Below are positions 29,015-38,715 of a stretch of 64,000 nt of DNA, piece by piece. The number at the start of each line of letters is the position of its first letter. The first letter of the stretch is position 1. The position numbers and the translations under genes were made by a program. The notes beneath the pieces were generated by a model, which worked only from the letters and a program-made list of their open reading frames with translations, was not told the origin of the DNA and did no database searches. Origin of the DNA: Longimicrobiales bacterium (GTDB lineage: Bacteria > Gemmatimonadota > Gemmatimonadetes > Longimicrobiales > Gaopeijiaceae); contig CBDDCX010000005.1 in NCBI GenBank assembly GCA_965226375.1, positions 256,001 through 320,000 of the forward strand. The letters run 5' to 3'.

Positions 29015-29638
29015 ATGCATCTGCTCTTGACCGACCGGCTCACGTGTCCCCGCTGTGGACCCGAGTTCGGATTGATCCTCCTCGCGGATCGACTCGAGGA
29101 TCGGCGCGTTCTGGAGGGAGCACTCGGCTGTCCCAACTGCCGGGATCGTTATCCGGTTCGAGACGGATTCGGTGACCTGAGGCCTCCACCCCGGCCCGAT
29201 CTGGCCGACGGCGAGCCTCTCGCCCCGCCCGTCTCTCCGACCCTGATGGAGGTCGCCGGCTTGCTGGGCATCACCGACGGTGCCGGTCATGTGGTCCTGT
29301 TGGGACATATGGGGGGGCACGCGGATGTCCTTGCCGAGATGCTGCAATCGATAGAGGTCGTGGGCATCTCCCCCGGGCTCCGGAGTTGGGATGAAGCGGA
29401 GGGAGTCAGTCGCTTGACCGCCGGCTCCCACCTGCCGTTCCGCGATCAGACCCTTCGCGGCGTGGCTCTGTTCGGAGGCGAGGGCACGTTCGAGCCGGGC
29501 GAGGTGGCGCGCGTGGTGGCTCGCCTGGGTCGTGTGGTCGTGTGGGGTGGTGTCGAGGGTTGGGATGCCGCTCTGGAGCAGGCCGGACTGACGGTTCTGG
29601 TTTCAGAGAAGGCAGCGGTGGTGGCGGCCCGACAATAG
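29015..29638 (+). CDS. Hypothetical protein with Trm112-like Zn ribbon and degenerate methyltransferase-like domain
   Basis: CPRC...GALGCPNCRDRYPVRDG; LPF motif. Confidence 0.65.
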   Translation: MHLLLTDRLTCPRCGPEFGLILLADRLEDRRVLEGALGCPNCRDRYPVRDGFGDLRPPPRPDLADGEPLAPPVSPTLMEVAGLLGITDGAGHVVLLGHMGGHADVLAEMLQSIEVVGISPGLRSWDEAEGVSRLTAGSHLPFRDQTLRGVALFGGEGTFEPGEVARVVARLGRVVVWGGVEGWDAALEQAGLTVLVSEKAAVVAARQ

Positions 29639-29755
29639 GCCCGTCGTTGCGTGGCATTTCGGGCTTCTCTACTTTCGTTCCGAACCGAATCTGGCGTTCG
29701 CAGGGCGATCCGTTCGCCCACAACGCCGCACCATTTCTCGCGGCCGAGTTCCTCC

Positions 29756-30223
29756 ATGGCATGGTGGAAAAAAGTTTTCGGCACATCCGGGGACTCCGGG
29801 CGCGTCGCCTACTACGATGAGGGCCTCGCCTTGATGGCGGAGGGCAAGTTCCATGAAGCCCTCACGTCGTTCCGTCTGGCGCTCAAGGAGTCACCGGGCG
29901 ACTCGGTTGTGCTTCAGCAGATCGCCATCTCCTACACCCGCATCGGCATGACGGAAGAGGCAGCCAAGACGTATCGACACGTGCTCCAGAAGAACCCCGA
30001 CGCCCCCGGCGCCCACTACGGCCTGGCCTTCCTCCTCGCGAGGGCCGGCCAGGAGCCGGACGCCATCCCGCATCTGCGAGCCTTCTTGGAGAACGCACCG
30101 GCTGGGCAGGACGCCGGCGAGCATGTGTCCCATGCCCGCGAAACCCTCACCCGACTCACTGGAGAGGGTGGATCTCCCCCCGCTGCAGAGGGTCCCCAAT
30201 CCACACAGGATGAGTTCTTCTAA
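29756..30223 (+). CDS. Tetratricopeptide repeat protein
   Basis: YYDEGL...GKFHEAL, AHYGLAFLL TPR helices. Confidence 0.8.
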   Translation: MAWWKKVFGTSGDSGRVAYYDEGLALMAEGKFHEALTSFRLALKESPGDSVVLQQIAISYTRIGMTEEAAKTYRHVLQKNPDAPGAHYGLAFLLARAGQEPDAIPHLRAFLENAPAGQDAGEHVSHARETLTRLTGEGGSPPAAEGPQSTQDEFF

Positions 30224-30623
30224 ACAGGCGACCCTCCGTTGGACGGGGCAAGGCGACGTCTTCAAGGGTCGCTCTGGATCCGGACCCGAGGTGACCATCG
30301 ACGGGGACGGCCAGGCCGGTCCCTCTTCAACGGAGTCCCTGCTCATGGGACTCATGGGCTGTATGGCCATCGACGTCTTGATGATCCTGGAGAAGGGGCG
30401 TGTCGAAGTGGGTTCCCTCGAGGTTCTCGCCGACGCCGACAGAAACCCGGAGCCACCTCGCTTTTTCACGCGAATCCGCCTGACCTTCGTGCTGGGCGGC
30501 GTGGCGGCCGAGGCACGGTCCAAGGTGGATCGTGCCATCGAGCTTTCGTCCGACAAGTACTGCAGCGTTCTCCACTCGCTCCGACAGGATCTCGAGTTCG
30601 AGACCGTGGTCGAGGGCGTCTGA
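30210..30623 (+). CDS. OsmC family protein
   Basis: GPSSTESLLMGLMGCMAID and DKYCSV. Confidence 0.88.
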   Translation: MSSSKQATLRWTGQGDVFKGRSGSGPEVTIDGDGQAGPSSTESLLMGLMGCMAIDVLMILEKGRVEVGSLEVLADADRNPEPPRFFTRIRLTFVLGGVAAEARSKVDRAIELSSDKYCSVLHSLRQDLEFETVVEGV

Positions 30624-30672
30624 GAACCGTCGGCTTCGATCCCGCGACCCGAGAAGGCCACAGGAGCATCGG

Positions 30673-32529
30673 ATGGGCTCTCTAGACTTCGTGTCCAATC
30701 CCGCCGACCTCCCGCCGGGGACCCTTAGCCAACTCTTCTTGTCGGCGGTAGATGAACGCCGCGACGAGACAGCGTTTCGGTACTTTCCCGGAGAGGGCGA
30801 CCACCTGGAGGATATGAGCTACGGGGCGGTCTACGACCTGGTGCGGGTCGTATCCGGTGGGCTCCGGGCTATGGGACTGGAGGCGGGGGACCGGGCGGCG
30901 ATCCTTTCGGAGACCCGATTCGAGTGGTCCATCTGCGACTACGCCTGTATCTGCAGTGGTGTTCTGGACGTCCCAATCTATAGCACTCTGACGGTCCCTC
31001 AGGTGGCGTATATCCTGGAGAATGCGGGTGTGTCGCTGATTTTCGTGTCGACGCAAGACCAGGCCCGAAAGGCCAGTGCCGCGGGCCGAAAGATTGGCCG
31101 GGACATCAAGATCGTGGTTTTCGACGGCGGTGATTCACTCCCCGACGGTGTTGAGGTCTGGGAAGATTTTCTGGCAAAGGGTCGCGAGGTCGCTGCCGAA
31201 ATAGACGACGAGAGTTTCCGCGCGACTGCACTGGAGACCGAGCCCGACGACCTGGCCACCCTGCTCTACACGTCGGGCACGACCGGCCAGCCCAAAGGGG
31301 TTATGCTCACCCACAACAATCTGTGGAGCAACGTCCTTGCGTCGTCGCGAGTGCTCCCGCGTCAGGAGGGTGACACCGCGCTGGTCTTCTTGCCCCTCTC
31401 CCATGTTCTCCAGCGCATGGCCAGCTATCTCTTTTTCTCGCGGGGAGACTCTGCCGCGTACGCCCACTCCATGAACACGGTGGCGGCCGACATGAAGGTG
31501 GTTCGTCCCTCCATCGTCGCCTCCGTCCCCCGGTTGTACGAAAAGGTCTATAACGCCGTGATGGAGGCTGAGGGTCTGAAGAAGAAGCTGGTGCAGTGGG
31601 CCAGGGAAGTGGGCGAGGCCTGGGCCGACGAAAAGCTCGCGGGGCGTGAGCCCAGCGGCGTCCTCAAGGTGGTATACCGACTCGCCGATGCTCTCGTCTT
31701 CAAGAAGATTCGCGCGGCCATGGGCGGCCGAATCCGTTACTTCCTGAGCGGGGGGGCCCCCCTTGCCCCCGATATCAATCGCTTTTTCTTCGCGGCCGGA
31801 ATCTGGATCTTGGAGGGCTACGGGCTCACCGAGACGAGTCCGGTCACCAACGTAAACTCTTTCGACGGTTTCCGAATCGGGACGGTCGGCAAGCCCGTAC
31901 CCGGAACGGAGATCCGTATCGCCGAGAACGGCGAGATCCTCATTCGGGGCCCACAGGTGATGAAGGGCTACTACAATCTTCCGGAAGCCACCGCCGAGGC
32001 TATCGACTCCGAGGGATGGTTCCACTCCGGGGATGTCGGAGAGATCGATGGGGACGGATTTCTCCGGATCACCGATAGGATCAAAGACATCATCGTTACG
32101 GCGGCGGGGAAGAATATCGCCCCCCAGCCCATCGAGAATCTGCTGAAAACCAACGACTTCGTGGAGCAGGCGGTCATGATCGGCGATCGCCGGAGCTTCT
32201 GCGTGATCCTCATCGTTCCGAGCTTTCCAAACCTGGAGTCCTGGGCCCGTAAGATCGGCTTGGAGGTCTCTGACACCCATGCGCTCCTGGCCCAGGAAGA
32301 GGTCCAGGAGCTGATGGAGGAGCAGGTGCTGGGAGCCCTGAGGGGGCTGGCGCGATACCAGACACCCAAGAAGATCGGTTTGGTCGAGTCTCCCTTCAGC
32401 ATCGAGGATGGCACCCTGACCCCGACGCAGAAGGTCAAACGGAGGGCTGTGGAGGCCCGCTATAGCGAGCTCATCGAGGCCTTCTACCTGGAAGAGAACC
32501 GGGATCAGGACGTCTTCCTCGAACCGTGA
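30673..32529 (+). CDS. fadD: Long-chain fatty acid-CoA ligase
   Basis: YTSGTTGQPKG, EGYGLTETSP, GWFHSGD, LTPTQKVKR. Confidence 0.9.
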   Translation: MGSLDFVSNPADLPPGTLSQLFLSAVDERRDETAFRYFPGEGDHLEDMSYGAVYDLVRVVSGGLRAMGLEAGDRAAILSETRFEWSICDYACICSGVLDVPIYSTLTVPQVAYILENAGVSLIFVSTQDQARKASAAGRKIGRDIKIVVFDGGDSLPDGVEVWEDFLAKGREVAAEIDDESFRATALETEPDDLATLLYTSGTTGQPKGVMLTHNNLWSNVLASSRVLPRQEGDTALVFLPLSHVLQRMASYLFFSRGDSAAYAHSMNTVAADMKVVRPSIVASVPRLYEKVYNAVMEAEGLKKKLVQWAREVGEAWADEKLAGREPSGVLKVVYRLADALVFKKIRAAMGGRIRYFLSGGAPLAPDINRFFFAAGIWILEGYGLTETSPVTNVNSFDGFRIGTVGKPVPGTEIRIAENGEILIRGPQVMKGYYNLPEATAEAIDSEGWFHSGDVGEIDGDGFLRITDRIKDIIVTAAGKNIAPQPIENLLKTNDFVEQAVMIGDRRSFCVILIVPSFPNLESWARKIGLEVSDTHALLAQEEVQELMEEQVLGALRGLARYQTPKKIGLVESPFSIEDGTLTPTQKVKRRAVEARYSELIEAFYLEENRDQDVFLEP

Positions 32530-32882
32530 CCCCGGCATCGGATGTGCGGGTTGTCTTCGTAACTGCCGAGGACAAGCAAGAAGGTCTCTCTCTGGTTCGC
32601 CAGGTCGTGAGAGAGGGGCTCGCCGCCTGCGGAAACGTTCTGCCTGAGGTCACCTCGGTGTTCGAGTGGGACGGAACCATGCGGGAGGAGGCGGAGGTTC
32701 TGCTTATCTTGAAGACGAGTGCGGGCCGAGCGGCGAGACTCGCCGAGAGGGTCGCGGAGTTGCATACGTACGACGTTCCCGAGGTGCTGACCTTGGTGGT
32801 CGATGGAGGGCATGAGCCCTACCTCGAATGGGTGCGTGAGTGCACGCGGGCGGAGCCTACCCATGGCCAGCAAGAACCGTAA
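32526..32882 (+). CDS. cutA: Divalent-cation tolerance protein CutA
   Basis: LAACGNV, SVFEW, HTYDVPEV, PYLEW. Confidence 0.9.
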   Translation: MTPASDVRVVFVTAEDKQEGLSLVRQVVREGLAACGNVLPEVTSVFEWDGTMREEAEVLLILKTSAGRAARLAERVAELHTYDVPEVLTLVVDGGHEPYLEWVRECTRAEPTHGQQEP

Positions 32883-33804
32883 GCCAGGCCGGCGTCGAAG
32901 GGCGAAGGCCCAGGCGGAGGCTGACGGGTTGCGGGTCCAGGGAGACTTGTTGGCGTCCGCGGCCGCGGAGGAGGACATCGACCGCGGTAAGGAAGAGGTC
33001 ATCCCCGTCGTCTTCGTGGGCGATCTGGCGGACGAAATGGAGCGAGGGATCCTCGAGGATCCCTCGGGCGTCTCTACTGACCCCGATCTCACAGTCGCAG
33101 ACGACGATCCCGAGGTCGAGGAGGTGGCACTTTTTGAGGAACCCGCAGCCGCCGACCGGGAGCGCGACTACGACCCGGTGGACGCGCCCACGGCCGAGGA
33201 CGAGCGACTGAGGGTTGCCGCGCAGACGGCTCGAGAAGGCCGCATGCAGGAGGCGGTGCGGCTTTACATCGAGATTCTCATCGAGACGCCGTACCACTTC
33301 GAGGCGCAGTTCGGCCTCGGCACTCTGTATGACGATCTCGGCCGTCCTGAGCTGGCCATCGAGTGGTTTCTGGCGGCCAGTGAGTTGGATCCCGACAACG
33401 CTCAGGTGCGCGCCAGCCTCGGGGCGGCGTACGGAGCTGTGGGGCGATTCGAGGATGCCGACACCGAGCTGCAGCTTGCTCTTCGCCTCGAGCCGGCGAG
33501 TGTGGGAGTTCGAGTCAAGGAAGGGCTCTTGGCGTTTCGTAAGGGGCTTTACGCCGACGCTGAGGCGGGCCTGCGCGGGGTGTGTAAACGCGACCCCGAC
33601 CACAGCGCCGCCCACTTCTATCGGGGCGAGGCTCTCAACCGGCTCGGCCGAGTCGATGAGGCGGTTCCGGTAATGGAGAGGGTCATCGAACTCGAGCCGC
33701 ACAACTGGCGTGCGTATCACACGTTGGGCATGCTCTTCGACAGAATGCACGAACCCGAGAGAGCGGCCGAAATGCATCGGCGGGCCCGAGAGTTGAACGT
33801 GTGA
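32863..33804 (+). CDS. TPR protein with acidic N-terminal region
   Basis: About five TPR repeats (AQFGLG, ASLGAAY, AHFYRGEAL, AYHTLGML). Confidence 0.8.
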   Translation: MASKNRKPGRRRRAKAQAEADGLRVQGDLLASAAAEEDIDRGKEEVIPVVFVGDLADEMERGILEDPSGVSTDPDLTVADDDPEVEEVALFEEPAAADRERDYDPVDAPTAEDERLRVAAQTAREGRMQEAVRLYIEILIETPYHFEAQFGLGTLYDDLGRPELAIEWFLAASELDPDNAQVRASLGAAYGAVGRFEDADTELQLALRLEPASVGVRVKEGLLAFRKGLYADAEAGLRGVCKRDPDHSAAHFYRGEALNRLGRVDEAVPVMERVIELEPHNWRAYHTLGMLFDRMHEPERAAEMHRRARELNV

Positions 33805-34391
33805 TGATCGAAGTGAGGCAGGACGACCTACTGACGGCCGACGTCGAGTGCGTCGTTCGGGCCGTCACGTCGAACCTGGATCCAGCAACGAGCCTGAGCC
33901 GTGCGGTGGGTGCTGCGGCCGGTGCCGATCTCGAGGAGCGCATCGAGCGCATGGGCGACCTACCCGTGGGTGGGGCGGTGATTACGCCCGGCGGGGAGCT
34001 GCAGGCTGCGTTCATGATCCACATCGTGATCCAGTCACCCGAGGAGCCCGCCACGCCGGGGGGTGTACGAAAGGCGCTCCTGAACGGCCTTCGGCACGCA
34101 TGTCGTCTCGGGGTCGAGACCATCGCGCTTCCCCCTCTCGGCACAGGAGCGGGTAATCTGGATGCCGAAGCGGCGGCGGACGTCATGATGTCGGCGCTGC
34201 GGGAGCACCTGGAGCGCGAGGAATACCCCAAGCAGGTTGTCGTCATGGTAACGTCCAGTTACGAGTTCGACGTGTTCGCTGCCCGAATCCATAAGCCTGA
34301 AGACGAGCGCAGGGAGTCGAGCAGTAATGGAGTATCGAACGGTGTTGGTGCGTCGAGTGAGGAGGGGAAGCTGAATGGTGATGGAGCGTAA
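33801..34391 (+). CDS. Macro domain protein (degenerate)
   Basis: QDDLL, GGAVITPGGEL, IHIV, IALPPLGTG; canonical NAAN/GGGV replaced. Confidence 0.8.
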   Translation: MMIEVRQDDLLTADVECVVRAVTSNLDPATSLSRAVGAAAGADLEERIERMGDLPVGGAVITPGGELQAAFMIHIVIQSPEEPATPGGVRKALLNGLRHACRLGVETIALPPLGTGAGNLDAEAAADVMMSALREHLEREEYPKQVVVMVTSSYEFDVFAARIHKPEDERRESSSNGVSNGVGASSEEGKLNGDGA

Positions 34392-34394
34392 CGC

Positions 34395-35921
34395 ATGAGG
34401 CGGAAGGCATTGGCCGTGACCATCGTGGCGATCTGGCTCGTCATGGTGGGGTGGCAGGTCCGGCGAGAGTACTTTCAGCCCGAGCTCACACGGCTGGCCG
34501 AGGCGGCGCTGGCATTAGCCCCGGGCGTGAGCTTCTACACGCTCAGCATGGGGGAACGCACGGTAGGCCAGGCCACGTCGCGCCTGGACACGATTCCCGA
34601 GGGGTTCGAGCTGGAGGACGTCATGGTCCTCGACCTGCCCGCTCTGGGCCAGACCGGCTCGGCGGTGGTGCGAACGCTGGTGCGCCTCAACAAAGCGCTG
34701 GTCATGGAGTCGTTCTCGTTCTCACTGAACTCCGAAGTCGGAACCTTCCGGGCGGACGGGACGCTCGCCGCCGACTCTACCCTGCACGTCACCATCGATG
34801 CCGGCGGCTCGCTACAAGAGGTTTCGTACCGCATGGCCGAGCCGCCCATTTTCTCCGCGGCTCTGCCCATTCGTATTGCCATGGCTGGAGAGCTGGAGGT
34901 GGGCAATACCTTGCGGCTCCCGGTGTTCGATCCGTCCACTCTGGCCACGAGACCGGTGGAGATCCACGTGCTGGAGCACGACACGCTCATGGTGCCGGAC
35001 AGCGCCGCCCTGAATCCCGCCACCAACCGTTGGGAGCCTGTCCGCTTCGACTCGATTCCCGTCTGGAAGATCGCAGAGATCCACGGGGGTGTGCGGGTCG
35101 AGAGTTGGGTGGATCACGACGGTCGCGTCGTCAGTGCCTCGAGCGCGCTCGGCTTCACCATGCAGAAGACCGAGTACGAGCTGGCCAGGCAGGCCCAGGA
35201 GGAAGCGGAGGGTCTAGCCACCTTGATCATCGACGAGGATGTGATCCTGTCGACCGCCATCCGAAGCAACGCCGACCTGGGATCCGTTGAGGAACACGAC
35301 GTGCTCCGCTTCCGCCTTACGGGAGTGGATCTCGAGGGCTTCCAGCTCGACGGGGGACGCCAGACGCTCCGAGGTGACACGCTCATCGTGCGTCGCGCAA
35401 ACTGGGGCGCTGTCGAGCCCGATTTTTCGCTTCCGTACAAGCTGATGGATATGCGCGCGGAGCTAGAGGCAGAGCCGTTGATCCAGAGCGACGACCCCCG
35501 AATTCAGCGAGAGGCTCGTCAGGCCGTGGGACGCTGGCTCAGAGATCCCAAGGGGGCGGCTTCACGGCTCACCACACGCGTGAATCGTATGCTCGATAAG
35601 AGCGTGACGTTCTCCATACCCAGCGCCCTGCAAGTGCTCGACTCGAGGCAGGGAGATTGCAACGAGCACACGGTTCTTTATGTGGCCATGGCCCGGGCCC
35701 TCGGGCTTCCGGCCCGCACGGCCGTCGGTCTCGTGTACCTCAACGACTCGTTCTTCTACCACGCGTGGCCGGAGGTTTGGTTGGGGGAGTGGGTGGCGGT
35801 CGACCCGACCTTCGGCCAATACCCCGCCGACGCCTCGCACATCCGGTTCGTAATCGGAGGGCTGGCCCAGCAGGTTGAGATCATCCGACTCATCGGCCGT
35901 CTCAACATCGAGGTGATCTAG
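34395..35921 (+). CDS. Membrane-anchored transglutaminase-like protein
   Basis: N-terminal TM; Cys-His-Asp triad motifs GDCNEH, HAWPEV, VDPT. Confidence 0.87.
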   Translation: MRRKALAVTIVAIWLVMVGWQVRREYFQPELTRLAEAALALAPGVSFYTLSMGERTVGQATSRLDTIPEGFELEDVMVLDLPALGQTGSAVVRTLVRLNKALVMESFSFSLNSEVGTFRADGTLAADSTLHVTIDAGGSLQEVSYRMAEPPIFSAALPIRIAMAGELEVGNTLRLPVFDPSTLATRPVEIHVLEHDTLMVPDSAALNPATNRWEPVRFDSIPVWKIAEIHGGVRVESWVDHDGRVVSASSALGFTMQKTEYELARQAQEEAEGLATLIIDEDVILSTAIRSNADLGSVEEHDVLRFRLTGVDLEGFQLDGGRQTLRGDTLIVRRANWGAVEPDFSLPYKLMDMRAELEAEPLIQSDDPRIQREARQAVGRWLRDPKGAASRLTTRVNRMLDKSVTFSIPSALQVLDSRQGDCNEHTVLYVAMARALGLPARTAVGLVYLNDSFFYHAWPEVWLGEWVAVDPTFGQYPADASHIRFVIGGLAQQVEIIRLIGRLNIEVI

Positions 35922-36763
35922 TGTCCAGCTCCGGTCGCGAGGCTCGCCTTGCCGAACTCATGGACGGCGTGGGGCCCGGGGAGGACGCCACCCCGGAGAT
36001 GCTCCAGCTGGGGGGCGTCGTGAAGCGGTACGGGGGTTTCACCGCCGTCAACGGCATCGACCTGACCGTGCCCAGGGGTGAGATCTGCGGCTTCCTGGGT
36101 CCGAACGGCGCGGGAAAGACCACGACGATCCGTATGGTGGCCGGCGTGCTGGAGCCCACGGCGGGCGAGATCATCATCGGAGGCAACGATCTGCGAGCCC
36201 ACCCCATGCAGGCCAAGTCCCGCATCGGGTACATCCCGGACCGGCCCTACCTCTATGAGAAACTCTCGGGAGGGGAGTTCCTGCGCTTTGTGGCGGGCCT
36301 GTGGGGCAAGGACGAGCACTCGTCGGAGGAGCGTGCGGACGGGCTGCTCGAGGTCTTCAGCCTTTCCGAGTGGAAGGACGAGCTCATCGAGAGCTACTCC
36401 CACGGGATGCGTCAGAAGCTCCTCATCACCTCGGCGCTGATTCATCAACCCGAACTCATCGTGGTGGATGAGCCCATGGTAGGGCTCGATCCCCGATCGG
36501 CCCGAATTCTCAAGGATTTGTTTCGGGCTTTCGCCAACCGAGGTGGGACCGTCTTTCTGTCGAGCCACACCCTGGAGGTGGTAGAGGCCGTGTGCGACCG
36601 CATGGCCATCATCCGAAACGGGGACATCATCGCGAAGGGCACCATGGACGACCTTCGCCGACAGGTGGACTCCGGCGAGGCTCACCTCGAGGAGATCTTC
36701 CTCAAGATGACCGGAAATGAGGACATGGCCGACGTTGTAGCCGGCCTTCAGGAGACCCGATAG
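35921..36763 (+). CDS. ABC transporter ATP-binding protein
   Basis: GPNGAGKT, YSHGMRQK, VVDEPMVGLDP, SSH. Confidence 0.9.
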   Translation: MSSSGREARLAELMDGVGPGEDATPEMLQLGGVVKRYGGFTAVNGIDLTVPRGEICGFLGPNGAGKTTTIRMVAGVLEPTAGEIIIGGNDLRAHPMQAKSRIGYIPDRPYLYEKLSGGEFLRFVAGLWGKDEHSSEERADGLLEVFSLSEWKDELIESYSHGMRQKLLITSALIHQPELIVVDEPMVGLDPRSARILKDLFRAFANRGGTVFLSSHTLEVVEAVCDRMAIIRNGDIIAKGTMDDLRRQVDSGEAHLEEIFLKMTGNEDMADVVAGLQETR

Positions 36764-37227
36764 TGAACGGCACCACCTTTCGCGGTGCAGGGGTCCTCTG
36801 GCTGCTCCGGCCCAAGGTCCGCTCGAAGGTCAACCGCGCCAAGAGTGAAGACGGCAGGCTCTTCAAGTGGGGTGTCCTGGCCTTCGTCGGAATCTTCTTC
36901 TGGGCGTTCATCTTCGGGATCATCTTCCGAATGTTGCTGTATTTCCGCGGCACGCAGGGCATCGGCAACCTGCTCGCGGGAAAATTGTTGGGGTTGGCCC
37001 TGCTGACGTTCCTCATGATCCTGCTCCTCTCCAACGTCATCACCGCCCTCTCCACGTACTTCCTCTCGAGGGACATGGAGCTTCTGGTGGCGGCGCCTGT
37101 CGACTCCTTGAAGCTGTATGGGGCGCGGCTCGTGGAGACCATTGTGGACTCGTCCTGGATGGTGGCGCTGCTGGCCATTCCGCTGCTGGCTGCTTATGGA
37201 GTCGTGTACGGGTCCGGATGGTCTTTT
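36763..37227 (+). pseudogene. ABC permease, 3'-truncated
   Basis: Hydrophobic permease N-terminus (LSRDMELLVAAPV) ends abruptly at GSGWSF, where AT-rich unrelated DNA starts. Confidence 0.72.
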
Positions 37228-37338
37228 GATGGGAATTATAAAGCAGGGTTGCGCAGATGGGGATAAAAAAGGGTATTGTCTGCCGCTGGTAAGTGGTTAT
37301 TAGTATAGTATAGGATAGCACTACCACGAGGAGGTCCG

Positions 37339-37497
37339 ATGACGCCCAGCGAGACGACCGGAAGGCCCCCGCACGTCAAGAAGAAGCCTCACAAGGCCGA
37401 CTACAAGGGGGCCAGTCCCGAGAAGGTAGCCGAGGCGCTCTTGCGCTACCGCCCACCTGAGCAAGGCCCCAAGACCAAAGACAAGCGATGGCTCTGA
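37339..37497 (+). CDS. Small basic hypothetical protein (52 aa), not in the ORF track
   Basis: Strong RBS GAGGAGG; MTPSETTGRPPHVKKKPHKADYKGASPEKVAEALLRYRPPEQGPKTKDKRWL*. Confidence 0.55.
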   Translation: MTPSETTGRPPHVKKKPHKADYKGASPEKVAEALLRYRPPEQGPKTKDKRWL

Positions 37498-37647
37498 GCC
37501 CGCGCGGGGCCGCTCCTGATCCGTCCCCACAGCTCAACATCACCATGAGGGCCGCGAAGAGGGGTAGCGCATGACTGTATGTATCGCTGCGCTTTATGGC
37601 GATGGTGCAGGTGTGGTCTTGGTGACTGACAGAATGGTTACGGCTCA

Positions 37648-38715
37648 AAGGGGGTATTCCCTTAAGTCCACCGACCCCAAGATATAGTGGTTACCGGGGC
37701 TCTGCGGGCCGTTTCCCACGTCCGGTGCCGAGGTAAAGGGCCGAAGCTGGCGTGGGAGCACACTGAACAGCCTGCTCAAGCAAGCGGTAGAACAACAGGC
37801 CGCGAGCCCGGGATGTGCGTCGGTTGAAGCGAAAGGTGAACTCGTCCAGATAGTAGGGGAGGTGTTCGCGGGCGATCCCTCCTTGGAGGGTTCCGAGGAC
37901 CCAGCGCTTGAGGAGAGACGCCACCCGATGTACGGCCGACATGAGCACGTGAGCGGGATCGCCGGAGGTCGAGAGGTTCGTGACCGTGTGGCGAAAGCCC
38001 AGTTTGGCGAGTCCCTGATAGCTTGGCCATCCGTCGGTATGCACCGTGCTTGCCGGTGCGATGCTATCCTTGACGAAGCCTCGCAGAACCGGAGCGGAGA
38101 GGTCGGGCACCCAACGCAGCCGTATTCTCCCGATCTTGCGTCCGTCGACCTCGGCGGCGATCGCGACGATGGCCTTCTTGATCGTCTCGCGGCCCCGCAC
38201 TCCAGCCTCCACGCCCCCGACATAGCTCTCGTCCACTTGCACAACGCCGCTCAGCTGGTCGCGATCCGGTCGGACCATGGCCCGGCGGAGCTTGTGGAGC
38301 CAGACCCACGCTGTCTTGTAGCTTCCCAGTCCGAGCACGCGCTGGAGCCCGAGAGCATTGGCTCCGTATTTCTGGCTCGTGAGCTCCCAGGCAGCGAGAA
38401 ACCACAGACGCAGGGGCGAGCGCGTGCGGTGGAACACGGTTCCCGCCAGCACCGAGGTCTGCCTTCGACAGTGTGGGCAGACGAGACGCCCCCGCGATGC
38501 TCGCCAGACCTCTCCCAACCCGCCACAGCCCACGCACACAAACCCTTCCGGCCAGCGCAGACCCTCCACGTACTCCAGGCATGCCGCATCGTCGGGGAAG
38601 AACTCGTCCAGCTCCAGCCGCGTACGGGGATAGTCCACGCCGCCACGGAGCTGAGAAGCCGGAACCGCCATGACCACAACATGTAGTGGGCGGTGGACTT
38701 AAGGCAATACCCCAT
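37648..38715 (-). mobile_element. IS1595-family insertion sequence (ISSod11-like group)
   Basis: Terminal IRs GGGGTATTCCCTTAAGTCCACCG (37651) and CGGTGGACTTAAGGCAATACCCC (38691-38713), 1 mismatch in 23; flanking direct repeat ACGGCTCA at 37640 and 38716. Confidence 0.92.
37691..38677 (-). CDS. IS1595-family transposase
   Basis: Zn ribbon CVGC/CPHC, VQVDESYVGG, HTDGW, HRVASLLKRW, YLDEFTFRFNRR. Confidence 0.93.
   Translation of the reverse strand: MVMAVPASQLRGGVDYPRTRLELDEFFPDDAACLEYVEGLRWPEGFVCVGCGGLGEVWRASRGRLVCPHCRRQTSVLAGTVFHRTRSPLRLWFLAAWELTSQKYGANALGLQRVLGLGSYKTAWVWLHKLRRAMVRPDRDQLSGVVQVDESYVGGVEAGVRGRETIKKAIVAIAAEVDGRKIGRIRLRWVPDLSAPVLRGFVKDSIAPASTVHTDGWPSYQGLAKLGFRHTVTNLSTSGDPAHVLMSAVHRVASLLKRWVLGTLQGGIAREHLPYYLDEFTFRFNRRTSRARGLLFYRLLEQAVQCAPTPASALYLGTGRGKRPAEPR

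Noticed and set aside
37040..37327. 95-aa minus-strand ORF starting MVVLSYTILITT
   Set aside because: It spans the junction between the AT-rich block and the antisense strand of the permease, so it is a chimeric frame
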